In this document: positions 28,583-38,691 of the stretch, piece after piece | Numbering within the stretch: the stretch's first letter is position 1 | Layout: the number at the start of each line of letters is the position of its first letter | Virus record (IMG/VR): IMGVR_UViG_3300031555_003117 | Span: 10,140-74,139 of that record | From: a virus | Lineage: Duplodnaviria > Caudoviricetes | Direction: 5' to 3' (one strand) | DNA length: 64,000 nt | Translations under genes and position numbers: made by a program | Notes under the pieces: generated by a model | Seen by the model: only the letters and a program-made list of their open reading frames with translations | Databases searched by the model: none | Told to the model about the DNA's origin: nothing

Positions 28583-30997
28583 ACCCACGTTTTTCAGTGA
28601 GAGTGCAGCAGTTATTGCACCAATAAGCGTAGGTATAGTACCTATCTTTTCAATAACGCCGTCAAATACTGAAAGTATGCCGGTTCCGGCATCAACAAGT
28701 CCCTTTAAAAAGTCAGCCTCAAGAACCGTATTGGAAAGAGACTGCCATGCAGTGGTCAGCTTATTAAGCTTACCCTGTAGTGAATCTACATATGAAGCAT
28801 TTTCCTTTGCCGCAGATCCCGTAGCATTGGTTGCAGCTCTCATTGCTGCTTCTACCTGCTCCCAGTTATTGATCATTGCAGCTACATCACTGGCACGGTT
28901 CTTACCAGCAATCATTTCAAGTACATTGGATTGAACGTTTCCACTGAGAGAATCCCAAACATTGGCAAGGTCATCCATTACTTCATAAGTAGATCGAAGT
29001 TCGCCAAGAGAATCAACCAGGCTTACACCTGTCAAATCCTTCATGGCAGAATTCATCTTAGAAGTAACTTCAATCAACCCTTCAGCATCTTCGCCAATTG
29101 CAGTAAGTTCTTCTGCCGTAGTGCCGCGTAAACGCATTGAAAGCGTTCTAAGTGCGTTACCTGCTCTGCTGGCATTCTGAGTTACTTCAATCATACCCGT
29201 TGCCATTGCTGAAGATTGCTGAATACTATTACCAGCAACTTCAAGCGCAGAAGCACTATTCTTCAAGGCTGCGCCAACATCGGAGGCTTCTACGGCAAAT
29301 TTGTTTCCGAGTTCATTAAAGATGTCGGCAACATATTCTACCGCCTTGGTTACATCGCCGTCTTTAAGTTGAAGTAGCTGATCTTGGAATCCCTTATATG
29401 CGGTCACTAGATCATCAACTGCAGCACCGTGTTCAAGGTCAGTAACATGCTGATACATCGAAGTGACATTAGCAAGCTTTTGTGCATCGTATGCATTAAA
29501 ACCAAGCTTTGCCCAATCAGCAGTTGAATTGATAATATCGGTCAGTTCCGCACCGTATTCTTTGGCCGAAGAAGTCATTCTCTTGTAGAGATTCTTATAT
29601 CCTTCGTCCGTTAGGTTTGTAACGCGGTACAAACCCGTCATTGCAGTGTCAACAGCCAAAACGTTTTGAGCCATCTGTTCAAATACTTCTTTTAATTGGC
29701 TCAAAATCGTTGCTACACTGACATATCTTAAAATACTCCCGAACGCCTTGGTCATCTGTGATCCAAGGGTTTGCCCGGTTTTGCCTAACCTTTCTGCTTC
29801 GATCTTAGTTTGTTCAAATGCTCTTCTGACATTCTCAAACTCTGCACGAGTTAGGCTTCCGCTTGCATTCAACGTACTTAGTCTTGAACGCAAAGCATCA
29901 ATACTTGAGCCGAATTGCCCAGCCGCCTTTGTATTCTTTTGAAGCCAGCTAGACATTTCATTATCAAGCTTGCCTACTTCGATTATACCTACACTTTGCC
30001 TATCCTCAGTCTTAATTGTTGAAAGAGTGCTTTTGACTCTGGTAAGTACAGTTTCAAACTCACGGTAAGATGCAATCAAGTTGTCAGCATCTATATCTGG
30101 CTCCTGCATTGTAGCACTCAGAGTGCGCAATTTCTCCAAATCGTTTGCAACGGTCAATAGACTATGATGCCCCGTGCTGCCAAGCTGCTGATATTGCGTG
30201 GTGACTTTTGCAATGTCAGTTTCAAGACCAACACCACGTTTACCCCCTGCTGCAATAACAGAAAGCGTATCCTTAACCCTTTTAAGAACAATCTCAAATT
30301 CATTATAGGACTGCGCTAATGTATCCGCATCTATATCTGGGCTCTTAATAGTTGAGCTCAAATTCCGCAGCGCTTCCAAGTCGCTCTTGACCATCGATAG
30401 ACTGCGATGCCCTGAATTACTGAAATCCTGGTACTTTGCAGTTACACTTTCGATGCTCTTGTCAAGATTTATACCGCGTTTTCCCTCTGCAGAAATGGTA
30501 GTCAGCGTATTCCTAACCCGCGCAAGCGTGTTTTCAAATCTTTGATAGGATTGTATAAGCGCACCTGCGTCAATATCGGGCGTTTTCATTGTGTCGCTTA
30601 AACTTCGTAGCTTCTGCAAATCGTCCGCAACAATTGAAAGACTATGATGCCCCGTGCTGCCAAGCTGCTGATATTGCGTGGTGACTTTTGCAATCGAACT
30701 ATCTATTTTGCTAAAGTCGAGCGAATCTGCAAGCCTATTGTTGATTCCCCTTGAAAAACTCTGTCCAGAATTTTTAAAAGCGGCGTCAAACTGTTTTTCG
30801 AGACCTGAAAAATTAACGTTGTCAAATGTGATTTTAAATTTATGTTTATCAAGCTCAGACTGAATCTCAGAAACAAATCCCTTGGTATTAAGTGAAATAT
30901 TGCTCAACTTAATTGGCGTTTTGCCTATGCCAGCAACTTGCTCTGGGATTTTTGACGTGTCTAAAATCGCTTGTATTCTAGCTGTATATTCAGACAT
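28583..30997 (-). CDS. Tape measure protein, exon 1 (TP901-like core)
   Basis: VDTAMTGLYRVT...SAKEYGAELTDIINSTADWAKLG...AGNALRTLSMRLRG...IAGKNRA, motifs typical of TMP cores. Exons 1-4 total 9735 nt, giving 3244 aa. Confidence 0.9.
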
Positions 30998-31044
30998 GGT
31001 TATCCTCCCTTAGAAATGAAAAATCACCATGTCAAAATGGTGAG

Positions 31045-32094
31045 TTACAATTCTTCTAGTGAAGTTTGTTTAGTTTTCTTGATGCCTTCTGCACCAAAAT
31101 ATTTTTCAAACTGCTTATCCGCCTCTGTATCAATATATACTTTCAGCATATCCGCAGACTCCCATCCGATCATTTCCTGAATTATATTATCAGGAATGCC
31201 GTATTCATGTAATTTGGTAGTTAGATGATGTCTCATACTGTGCCAGTAGAATGGTCTTCCGAGGATCTGCCCGAAACTTCTTGCCCATGAATCCAACGTT
31301 GTAGTTGGGATTGGTTCATCAAGCCATTGTCCAGCATAGTATTTAGGAAATAACCAATCGGTGTTGATTTTTAGTTCTTTCCTCTGTGCCATCCAGAGAT
31401 CAAGGTAGGGCTTAAATGGTTTGGCAAGTGTATAGATATCTAATAGCTTGCCTCGCGATCCACGCCCTTTAGTTGTTACCTTTTCGGGTGTCTTATATAA
31501 GGCACCCTCACAAATTAGATTATCCTTATCAAAATAACTAACCTTAAATCTGGGAAGTTCCGCCTTGCGCCTTCCATTATTAATTGCAAGTGCAAGCATG
31601 CAAGCTTTCATATATTCCTTGTTTTCAACCAAGATATCCAGCAGTTTTTGCAAATCATCTTCAGTAAACACACTTTTTTCTCGCACTGCAATATCTGCTG
31701 GAGACTCAATTTTACGCACAATTGGTTTATAATCCTCAAATTCATCGTCGAGTATATTTTCTACGTAGTTGCTCAACGATGAAATGGTGGCCTTTACTGT
31801 ACGAATACGCTTAGGAGACCATTTCCATACGTTGATAGCATGACTCTGAAACTTAGCGATCTCGCGTTTAGTTAAGTCTACAAAATGTTTATTCTTATTG
31901 AATTCTAAGTTCCAACACCAAAAAATATGCAAATTAGCCTTATATTGAAATATCGTCCCCTTTGAACGATCAATCGATGAAAGATAGTCAAGGAAGCCTT
32001 CTTCTAAGTCAATGTTATCGGGGTTTACTTGAGCCATCTTTTCATCGGAAGTAATAGTGTTATAAACAGTTTTTCGTCCATCATTTTTACTCAT
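31045..32094 (-). CDS. Tyrosine recombinase (XerC/integrase family)
   Basis: Catalytic-type motifs NNGRRKAEL (R), HSMRH (HxxR), IGW and LKVY. Confidence 0.85.
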   Translation of the reverse strand: MSKNDGRKTVYNTITSDEKMAQVNPDNIDLEEGFLDYLSSIDRSKGTIFQYKANLHIFWCWNLEFNKNKHFVDLTKREIAKFQSHAINVWKWSPKRIRTVKATISSLSNYVENILDDEFEDYKPIVRKIESPADIAVREKSVFTEDDLQKLLDILVENKEYMKACMLALAINNGRRKAELPRFKVSYFDKDNLICEGALYKTPEKVTTKGRGSRGKLLDIYTLAKPFKPYLDLWMAQRKELKINTDWLFPKYYAGQWLDEPIPTTTLDSWARSFGQILGRPFYWHSMRHHLTTKLHEYGIPDNIIQEMIGWESADMLKVYIDTEADKQFEKYFGAEGIKKTKQTSLEEL

Positions 32095-32112
32095 ATACTT
32101 TACCTCTTCTAT

Positions 32113-32529
32113 TTACGGGAAGAAGCTTTTCATGGTTGTATCGAGTGTTTCAGCAATCTTATCTTCAGCCCTGTCCCAGAATCCCTCATTGCCAACTGGC
32201 GGTCGGAGTTTATGGGATGAAGCCAGCGAATGATCGTTTGCAACATCCAATACTGCGTTCATAGATGGATGTTTGCCGGTGGTATATTGATGTGCTGTAT
32301 CCAGATATGCTTCAAACGAAACGGAATTTCCATTTGTAGAAATAGCGGTTGTCTTTGGCGTATCACCTAACGCACCGGTTCTTTGATATACTTTAGGTTC
32401 GGCCTTCGTGTAAAAATCGCCAGTTTCCTCATACATATCAGCTTCTACCTTCGCAGCAACGACTGTGAGCGCCTTTTTGACATCTCGCATCAATGCCGCC
32501 AGCAGTTGCTGGTCGTTCGTTATAACCAT
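32113..32529 (-). CDS. Tail completion protein (HK97 gp10-like)
   Basis: Y.RTGAL motif; position in the tail module. Confidence 0.5.
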   Translation of the reverse strand: MVITNDQQLLAALMRDVKKALTVVAAKVEADMYEETGDFYTKAEPKVYQRTGALGDTPKTTAISTNGNSVSFEAYLDTAHQYTTGKHPSMNAVLDVANDHSLASSHKLRPPVGNEGFWDRAEDKIAETLDTTMKSFFP

Positions 32530-32534
32530 GTAAG

Positions 32535-33083
32535 TTATTCTTCCTTTTTCATCTGCAATATCTTGCCAAACATCTTAGAATCTGCGTAACTTTCCATGAA
32601 ATTATCTACATTAAGTTCGCCATTTTTGATATTCTCTACAATTGCAGAAATAGCTTCGATATTTTCCTTTGTCACAGCATTATTTGCCTGCGTGACTAAT
32701 TCATTGAACATTTTTTTGATTGAACCAAACAGCCTGGCGATAGATCCCCTTTTAGTAGATACAATTTCAAGTGCATCCCTGTGTGCATTGGCAAAGTCAA
32801 GGCAAACACGATCTACATGGATTGCCTTATTGAATTCCTCAATAAATTCCTTATCACACATGATTTCTTCCATTTTAAGAGGATCAGTGGTATCATGTGC
32901 AATTTTCTCATCAAATCGGCTCTCTTTTACACAAAGACTGTAAAATGTCCGCATAGCATTCATCATGCCAAGATGGGGAGTATATTCTCCATTGGCATCA
33001 AAATATTCATTTGCAATCTCGTTTACTACAATAAGGTAATTGACCATACCGAGGTTTGTATCAACAATCATAGTCTTTTCCAT
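32535..33083 (-). CDS. Hypothetical protein
   Basis: ORF with RBS (GGAGG) before MEKTMI. Confidence 0.5.
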   Translation of the reverse strand: MEKTMIVDTNLGMVNYLIVVNEIANEYFDANGEYTPHLGMMNAMRTFYSLCVKESRFDEKIAHDTTDPLKMEEIMCDKEFIEEFNKAIHVDRVCLDFANAHRDALEIVSTKRGSIARLFGSIKKMFNELVTQANNAVTKENIEAISAIVENIKNGELNVDNFMESYADSKMFGKILQMKKEE

Positions 33084-33099
33084 GTTGTTTCCTCCAAAA

Positions 33100-33633
33100 C
33101 TACAATTCATAATTTTTATCTTTTTCAATCTGGTTCACCATATATTCAATATCATAACGGTATTGTGTCCGCAATTTCTTTTGCGGCACAATCACATAGG
33201 GCACTTTGTAATCATCCAAATCTTTCATGTTAAAGCTCTTTTTCGGAATTGTATCTATTAAGGCTTCAAAGCTGTGGATCGGGACAAAAACAGTAGTCTC
33301 ACTAGAACGAAACTCAATCACAAACCCCGCCGTTATTCCATCATATTTGTTCCACTCTCGGAGACCTTCAACTTGATGGAAATGGATATCTCCAACATCT
33401 TCGGATGTTCTTTCAAAAGATATGGATTTACCAGCAACAGTCTTTAACTCCAGTGCGAACAACATATGTCGCCGTGAATCCCAGAGCAGATAGTCAAAAG
33501 GATTCTTTCGGCTAAATCTGAGCTTGCTTCCACCACCAAATGACTGCGCTGCATCCGGCAAACGGTAGAGCAGCATGTAGTCCGGTGCGGATCGCTTTAT
33601 TGCATTTTCAAATTTCTTTCCTATGTTGCTCAT
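33100..33633 (-). CDS. recU: RecU-like Holliday junction resolvase
   Basis: GKKFENAIK...KNPFDYLLW...FALELKT...HFHQ...L, a RecU nuclease motif pattern. Confidence 0.75.
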   Translation of the reverse strand: MSNIGKKFENAIKRSAPDYMLLYRLPDAAQSFGGGSKLRFSRKNPFDYLLWDSRRHMLFALELKTVAGKSISFERTSEDVGDIHFHQVEGLREWNKYDGITAGFVIEFRSSETTVFVPIHSFEALIDTIPKKSFNMKDLDDYKVPYVIVPQKKLRTQYRYDIEYMVNQIEKDKNYEL

Positions 33634-33642
33634 ATATCATTA

Positions 33643-33867
33643 TCATGGCCTGTTTTTCAGCCACTTCTTATATACATAGTTGGTTTCATTTTTCAAATAC
33701 CAGCATGTCAACTTGCCAGGCTCAGTTTCTTTTTCCCAAATAAACTTTGGTTGACAACCGTGCGTAGTATAGAAAATAATCTGCTTAATGCAATCAATTG
33801 CCACTAGGTTTTCACGGCCATAGCACTCGATTGCTTCCTCAAGCGTTTCAAAATATAATACCTTCAT
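33643..33867 (-). CDS. Small hypothetical protein
   Basis: 74-aa ORF with RBS AAGGAGAG. Confidence 0.55.
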   Translation of the reverse strand: MKVLYFETLEEAIECYGRENLVAIDCIKQIIFYTTHGCQPKFIWEKETEPGKLTCWYLKNETNYVYKKWLKNRP

Positions 33868-33973
33868 CTTTCATTCTCTCCTTGTGAAAATGGAAAAAGA
33901 ATAGGGTAGACAAAGCCTAAACATGTGTTGTCAGGATCGTCTACCCTAAAATAAAATACAATACAACACAATG

Positions 33974-34273
33974 TTATTCTTCATCCGTAGCTATAATTGC
34001 CTCTTCATCAGAAACAGTTTCTTCCATTATAGTTGTTTTCTTAGCAGCTCTTTTTCTAGGCTGTTCAATAGTTTCCGCAACAGATGCGGGTCTTTCAATA
34101 TAATCGTCTGCAACAATTCGATACTTGCCATTTTCGTGTAATAGGTTAACTTCCTTTAGATCAGCTCCGATAGCAGGTAGCTGTACTAATTTAGAGTCAT
34201 TAACCTTAACGACAGTTACAAGTGCATTGTTGAGAACGACCTTACAACGCTTAACCATGTCATATCTCCCCAT
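33974..34273 (-). CDS. Hypothetical protein
   Basis: 99-aa ORF in the operon direction, followed by a hairpin near 33902-33950. Confidence 0.5.
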   Translation of the reverse strand: MGRYDMVKRCKVVLNNALVTVVKVNDSKLVQLPAIGADLKEVNLLHENGKYRIVADDYIERPASVAETIEQPRKRAAKKTTIMEETVSDEEAIIATDEE

Positions 34274-34334
34274 GCATCCATATTAATAAGCGAGGATGTT
34301 ATAAGCATCCTCGCTAAAAATGTGTCGCCTTAGA

Positions 34335-35120
34335 TTAGGCAGGGTTAACAGTCAGTTCTTCGGTGATTTCTACCATGTCGAAGATATTCTTTTCGTTATC
34401 TTCCAGCAGATCAAAGGTCAGGGTAACAGAGGCAGGATCGCCCTCAGAAGTGTGAGACAGCTCAAAGCTACGCTGAATGCTTGCCTTGTAAGCGGTCATC
34501 AAGAAGGGAGTCATAACGCCCTGTTCATCCTTGTCCAGAGTGCTCATGGTGATGAAGTAATCACGCGGCAGTGCGCTGTTGTTGAAGCTGATGCGCTTGA
34601 CGCCAGCATCACGCTTTACAACGTAACCCACTTCGAACTTAGAACCAGCAACCAGCTTTTTAGCATCGGCTGCTTCCTCAGTGAACTTGCCATCAGCAAA
34701 AGTGCCAGCAATCATGGCTTCCTCATCGCCAAACTGACCTTCCGGATATACGAATACGGTGCCAGCAACGATTTCACCATTGCCAATAGCCAGCGGCAGT
34801 TCGCCTTCGGTGGCGCAAGCAACAGTGCTCTTGCCAGCATAGGCGGCATCAGAGTGGATTACACCATCAGAAAGCAGAGCGAAGAACTTGAAGGGATAAA
34901 CCTGTGCCTCAATGGTCATAGTACCCTCAAGAGGATTCGCAAAGGCAATTCGACGGGAACCCTTTGCCATGGCGTATACGCTATCACTGGACAGGCCAGC
35001 GGTAGTAGTGTTTGCTGTATCGAAGAACAGGAAGGGAGCCATGGTCTTAAGATCGCGAATATCTACGTCACATACTTGTCGATTAGCTTTATTCAGTTCA
35101 GGCATGTGTATTTCCTCCAT
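34335..35120 (-). CDS. Major tail tube protein
   Basis: YAMAKG..RIAF..P...FELS..SEGDPASVTLTFDLL; followed by hairpin AGCGAGGATG/CATCCTCGCT. Confidence 0.75.
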   Translation of the reverse strand: MEEIHMPELNKANRQVCDVDIRDLKTMAPFLFFDTANTTTAGLSSDSVYAMAKGSRRIAFANPLEGTMTIEAQVYPFKFFALLSDGVIHSDAAYAGKSTVACATEGELPLAIGNGEIVAGTVFVYPEGQFGDEEAMIAGTFADGKFTEEAADAKKLVAGSKFEVGYVVKRDAGVKRISFNNSALPRDYFITMSTLDKDEQGVMTPFLMTAYKASIQRSFELSHTSEGDPASVTLTFDLLEDNEKNIFDMVEITEELTVNPA

Positions 35121-35132
35121 TCAAAACTCGTG

Positions 35133-35963
35133 TTATTTGTCGTGGTTATTTTGATACCAAAGTGATGGATCAAAAGTCTTTTTCTCGTCGCCCCAAACGG
35201 CAGTGCGCGTCCAACCAATTTCGTAGAATGCATTCGCCTGTAGGCGGTTAAAACAATCTAAAAGCTGAAAAATCGTAAGCTCCCAGATATTTACAAAATT
35301 GATAGAAGGGTGTCTACTGGCAACCGCAGAAATTATATTTGGAATCGAATGGTTTTTATCCATCGTTTCCTTTTTCTTTTGCTCCATTTCCTTCTGAGCC
35401 TTTTGCATTCGTTCATACATTGCTTTTGCAATGCTGTTTTTGAACTTTATCTCAGCAGGTTCTTCTTTTTCCTCATCATAAATGCAGCAAACCTGCTGTA
35501 TGATCTCCACGACTTGTGAAAATAATTTATCTGTAATCACACCGCGAATAGAATCCACTGGTATGTCAGAGTCTCCTGGTTCAATATTTCTATCGAACAC
35601 AATAAAAAAGCCCTCCCGATAGGCAACCTTGTCTTCAAAAAAGAAGCAGAAGATTTCTTCAAAAATCTCCCGCACCCAGTCATCACGCTCAATTAAATTA
35701 TACATTGTCATGGAAGTCTTTTCTGCTTCGGTGAATGAATCCCAGATTTCAGAACCATTTTCTAAAAGCTTAGTATAAAAAATCTCCGGTGTAGCTTTTA
35801 AAAATACCTCATACATCATAAATCTTCCGAATGTAATCTGCGCAATGTTTTTAAGCCTTGGTTTGCGAATCGTACCTATGGACAGCACAATTGGTTCGGG
35901 GCTTAACTGCGTACCGTAGTCAAGTTTCATCTGAAGTTTGGTACGCTGAATACCATAAGGCAT
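35133..35963 (-). CDS. Tail-module protein (likely start at MKLDY, 35930)
   Basis: Contains WELTIFQL..CF.RL, resembling tail assembly chaperones. Confidence 0.45.
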   Translation of the reverse strand: MPYGIQRTKLQMKLDYGTQLSPEPIVLSIGTIRKPRLKNIAQITFGRFMMYEVFLKATPEIFYTKLLENGSEIWDSFTEAEKTSMTMYNLIERDDWVREIFEEIFCFFFEDKVAYREGFFIVFDRNIEPGDSDIPVDSIRGVITDKLFSQVVEIIQQVCCIYDEEKEEPAEIKFKNSIAKAMYERMQKAQKEMEQKKKETMDKNHSIPNIISAVASRHPSINFVNIWELTIFQLLDCFNRLQANAFYEIGWTRTAVWGDEKKTFDPSLWYQNNHDK

Positions 35964-36424
35964 CCATAGAATCTTTGGGCATTGTAGACGTCAATGCTGT
36001 CCAACGTCAATTCACCAATGCCAAATTTATTTTTAACGCTTTGATCGTTAATTAACGAATCCTCGACCATCTGAGAAAGAGCGTCGATTCTGTCACCGTA
36101 ATACCCTTCTTTGTAATAGTTCTCAAGAATATCCCGATGACAAATCAAATACATGACTACCCTGCAGGTCTTAATATTACTACCAAGTCTGGGGAATGTT
36201 ACATCATAAAAAATGAATGTATCCGTCTCTGTGATCGTATCGTCAATAAACAAATGCGATTTGACATGTTCCTTGAATTTTTTCTGAATCTCAATGGGCT
36301 TCATTGCAGAAGTATCTCCCAATATCAGCTCTCTAATATCTGCATTCTTGTATAGAGCGCTGTGTATCTCTTGTTTAAACCTGCCCTTTTCGGCAGTGGT
36401 CTTTTGTTTTGCCATATATCGCAC
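35927..36424 (-). CDS. Tail terminator-like structural protein
   Basis: Position before the tail tube module; RIDALSQMVEDSL motif. Confidence 0.45.
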   Translation of the reverse strand: MRYMAKQKTTAEKGRFKQEIHSALYKNADIRELILGDTSAMKPIEIQKKFKEHVKSHLFIDDTITETDTFIFYDVTFPRLGSNIKTCRVVMYLICHRDILENYYKEGYYGDRIDALSQMVEDSLINDQSVKNKFGIGELTLDSIDVYNAQRFYGCLMVFSVPNFR

Positions 36425-36427
36425 TCC

Positions 36428-37498
36428 TTACAAAAATGCCTTTAACACAACATTAAGCTGTACTGGCTCATACGAGTCAGCGCTTAGAGTCAAGATAAAG
36501 CTTTTGTTTATACATTGAGTTTTGTTTGTAGATATTAGAATTGTATCTCCCACATATTCAACATCAAGATCATCCAAGAAATCACATTCAATAGTCCATG
36601 TCGGAGCCACGCCAACTTCAAAGCCGTTGGCATCATAGAATTTTGCAGTATATGAACAAGCATCGAGGCCAACATAAATTATGTCGGAATCATATTCAAT
36701 GTTGCATCTGTTCGGTTTAGCTTGCCCCTTAGCTTCTCTGGGAATATCACACAACCAGTAGCCTTTCCCGTCAACAACATAGTATCCGTCATTTTCATGT
36801 TGCTCATCCTGATAGGCCATAAATGCCGAATGACCGCTATCCTGATAATCATATAGAACAGAATCAAGCCGTGTTACTTTGTATACGGTTATTGGTTTGG
36901 TAACATCACATATTACATCATCGCCAAATTCTTTTTCATATACCTGGCATCGTCTGTCAATTACCATGCGCTGACCAGAATTCAACATAAGGCACTCATC
37001 ATCATCTGGTGTAAGCACCATCAACTGGTCGCTTCTTACAAAATAGTATTTTGTGCTCGTTTCGCCATTATTGTATTGCGAAGCAGAAGTAACATTAACC
37101 CATCGCTGAATAATCCTTCCTTCCTGATTAATCCAAGAAAGATGGAAATTGCAGAAGGATAAAACCGCTTTTTCATAAACCTTGTTATCATCTACCAATC
37201 CAGTTATTAGCCAATATCTTTCTTTATACTTCACATACATGCCAGCTCTGCAGGTTCCGATAGGAACTAGCATTTGTCTATTCAAAGTGCTTAACTTTGT
37301 ATCGGATATCGTATTCTGAATAATTGCTTTTATCGGTGTGCAAACAGAAAGATCGTAATTAAACAGTTCAACATCGGTTTCTAAACCTGAGTCCAATGCT
37401 TCATTAAACCAATCTGTGGCATACTCATCAAGCGCTTCTTTTTCAAAGCCACTAAGCTGGCTGTAAGGTGGATTGATTAAATACCATTCTTTTGCCAT
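36428..37498 (-). CDS. Head-tail joining/closure protein
   Basis: 356 aa; G.YVKYK..YWLI...YEKAVLSFCN..L.W pattern; gene order. Confidence 0.5.
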   Translation of the reverse strand: MAKEWYLINPPYSQLSGFEKEALDEYATDWFNEALDSGLETDVELFNYDLSVCTPIKAIIQNTISDTKLSTLNRQMLVPIGTCRAGMYVKYKERYWLITGLVDDNKVYEKAVLSFCNFHLSWINQEGRIIQRWVNVTSASQYNNGETSTKYYFVRSDQLMVLTPDDDECLMLNSGQRMVIDRRCQVYEKEFGDDVICDVTKPITVYKVTRLDSVLYDYQDSGHSAFMAYQDEQHENDGYYVVDGKGYWLCDIPREAKGQAKPNRCNIEYDSDIIYVGLDACSYTAKFYDANGFEVGVAPTWTIECDFLDDLDVEYVGDTILISTNKTQCINKSFILTLSADSYEPVQLNVVLKAFL

Positions 37499-37509
37499 CT
37501 AATCACCGC

Positions 37510-37911
37510 CTATACATATGCAGTAGGCTTCAAATTAGCAATCATCTGTTCGGCCTTGCTAGTATCATAATCAAGTTCGTTCTTTGCGGCAGTCTTAGAG
37601 CCATTATTGCCATCAATACTAAGATCTTTGCCAACAATAGAAACGCGCTTGTTTACCTTTGAAACTTCGCGCTCCTGATATGACTGTTTCATAAAAGCCG
37701 CCAAAAGATCAATTGAATACCGATCTAATTCAGAACCAAAACTCAGGCTATCCTTGTCAAATGCCAATGGCTCTAACTCAACAGAATATCTGCCGATTGC
37801 TTTTAATAGCCATTCGAGTTTGAGGTCATCCGGTATAATGCTTTTATCTCTGAATGAGGCTTCAAAGCTATCGTATACTTCATTAGCCATTGTATTTGTC
37901 ACGTTGAACAC
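37510..37911 (-). CDS. Head-tail connector-like protein
   Basis: Helical 133-aa ORF two genes downstream of the capsid gene cluster. Confidence 0.45.
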   Translation of the reverse strand: MFNVTNTMANEVYDSFEASFRDKSIIPDDLKLEWLLKAIGRYSVELEPLAFDKDSLSFGSELDRYSIDLLAAFMKQSYQEREVSKVNKRVSIVGKDLSIDGNNGSKTAAKNELDYDTSKAEQMIANLKPTAYV

Positions 37912-37916
37912 CTCAG

Positions 37917-38426
37917 TTATTGAAGTTTGTATCCGGTATAATTCTCGGCAAAGCGAATCTTGCTATAATCATTAAGCTTCAGGCGCTTGATTGCTTGCAT
38001 CATTGCGTACTTCTCAGCTCTGGTGCAAATTTCAGCCTTCAATTTCTTTTCAAAATCAGCCTGTCTCTTTAGCTCAAACAGCGCCTTCACCTTGGCATCG
38101 CTAAAGATATCCTGCTTCTTTTCGCCGTCCTCGGAGTCAAATTCAAGCTCGATCCTGGTGGGGGTGTCTTCTACAAAAATCGTAGCATGACCGCCCATAC
38201 CATCAATGCCAGTGAATAGTTTATTACCGCTCTGTACCTGCGCAATAATTTCATTCCTGGATAGTCTGGTGCTACCAAGCGGAGGGATATTTACATCACC
38301 AATTCCGTCAGCAATTCTTGCAAAACCAACATTCCAGCCAGCAATATTGCGAATCGTAACCTTTGCGTCAAGGTTAAGCGGCTCTTTTACAATAGTATTT
38401 TCTGCCATAATAAATCCTCTTTTCAA
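37917..38426 (-). CDS. Hypothetical virion morphogenesis protein
   Basis: 169-aa ORF in the head module. Confidence 0.45.
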   Translation of the reverse strand: MKRGFIMAENTIVKEPLNLDAKVTIRNIAGWNVGFARIADGIGDVNIPPLGSTRLSRNEIIAQVQSGNKLFTGIDGMGGHATIFVEDTPTRIELEFDSEDGEKKQDIFSDAKVKALFELKRQADFEKKLKAEICTRAEKYAMMQAIKRLKLNDYSKIRFAENYTGYKLQ

Positions 38427-38440
38427 CTAATCTATCGATT

Positions 38441-38629
38441 TCAACTAAAGCTATATTTAGTCTTGTTATATGATTCAATGATCCTGTCTAAGCGTTCTGA
38501 TTTCATAAAAGTCCAGTAGCGCTTACCGCTCCTAGAATTAATCTTCGAAGTGATACAGCGTTCATTGAAAGCAGACAGATAATGAAACAGGCGTAATGAG
38601 TAGCAGAAATAAACATTTTCTTCGCCCAT
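38441..38629 (-). CDS. Small hypothetical protein
   Basis: 62 aa, FCYSLRLFHYL...YWTF; RBS AGGAG. Confidence 0.55.
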   Translation of the reverse strand: MGEENVYFCYSLRLFHYLSAFNERCITSKINSRSGKRYWTFMKSERLDRIIESYNKTKYSFS

Positions 38630-38691
38630 TTACATACATCTCCTAAATAGAAGCAGGGTACATCCTATGACATACCCTGCGATTTATTTAA

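Noticed and set aside
16175-30997. TMP, TerL and RNAP fragments as pseudogenes or stop-codon recoding
   Set aside because: Each break has guide pairing, a ribozyme core and exact frame restoration, and all other genes end at standard stop codons.
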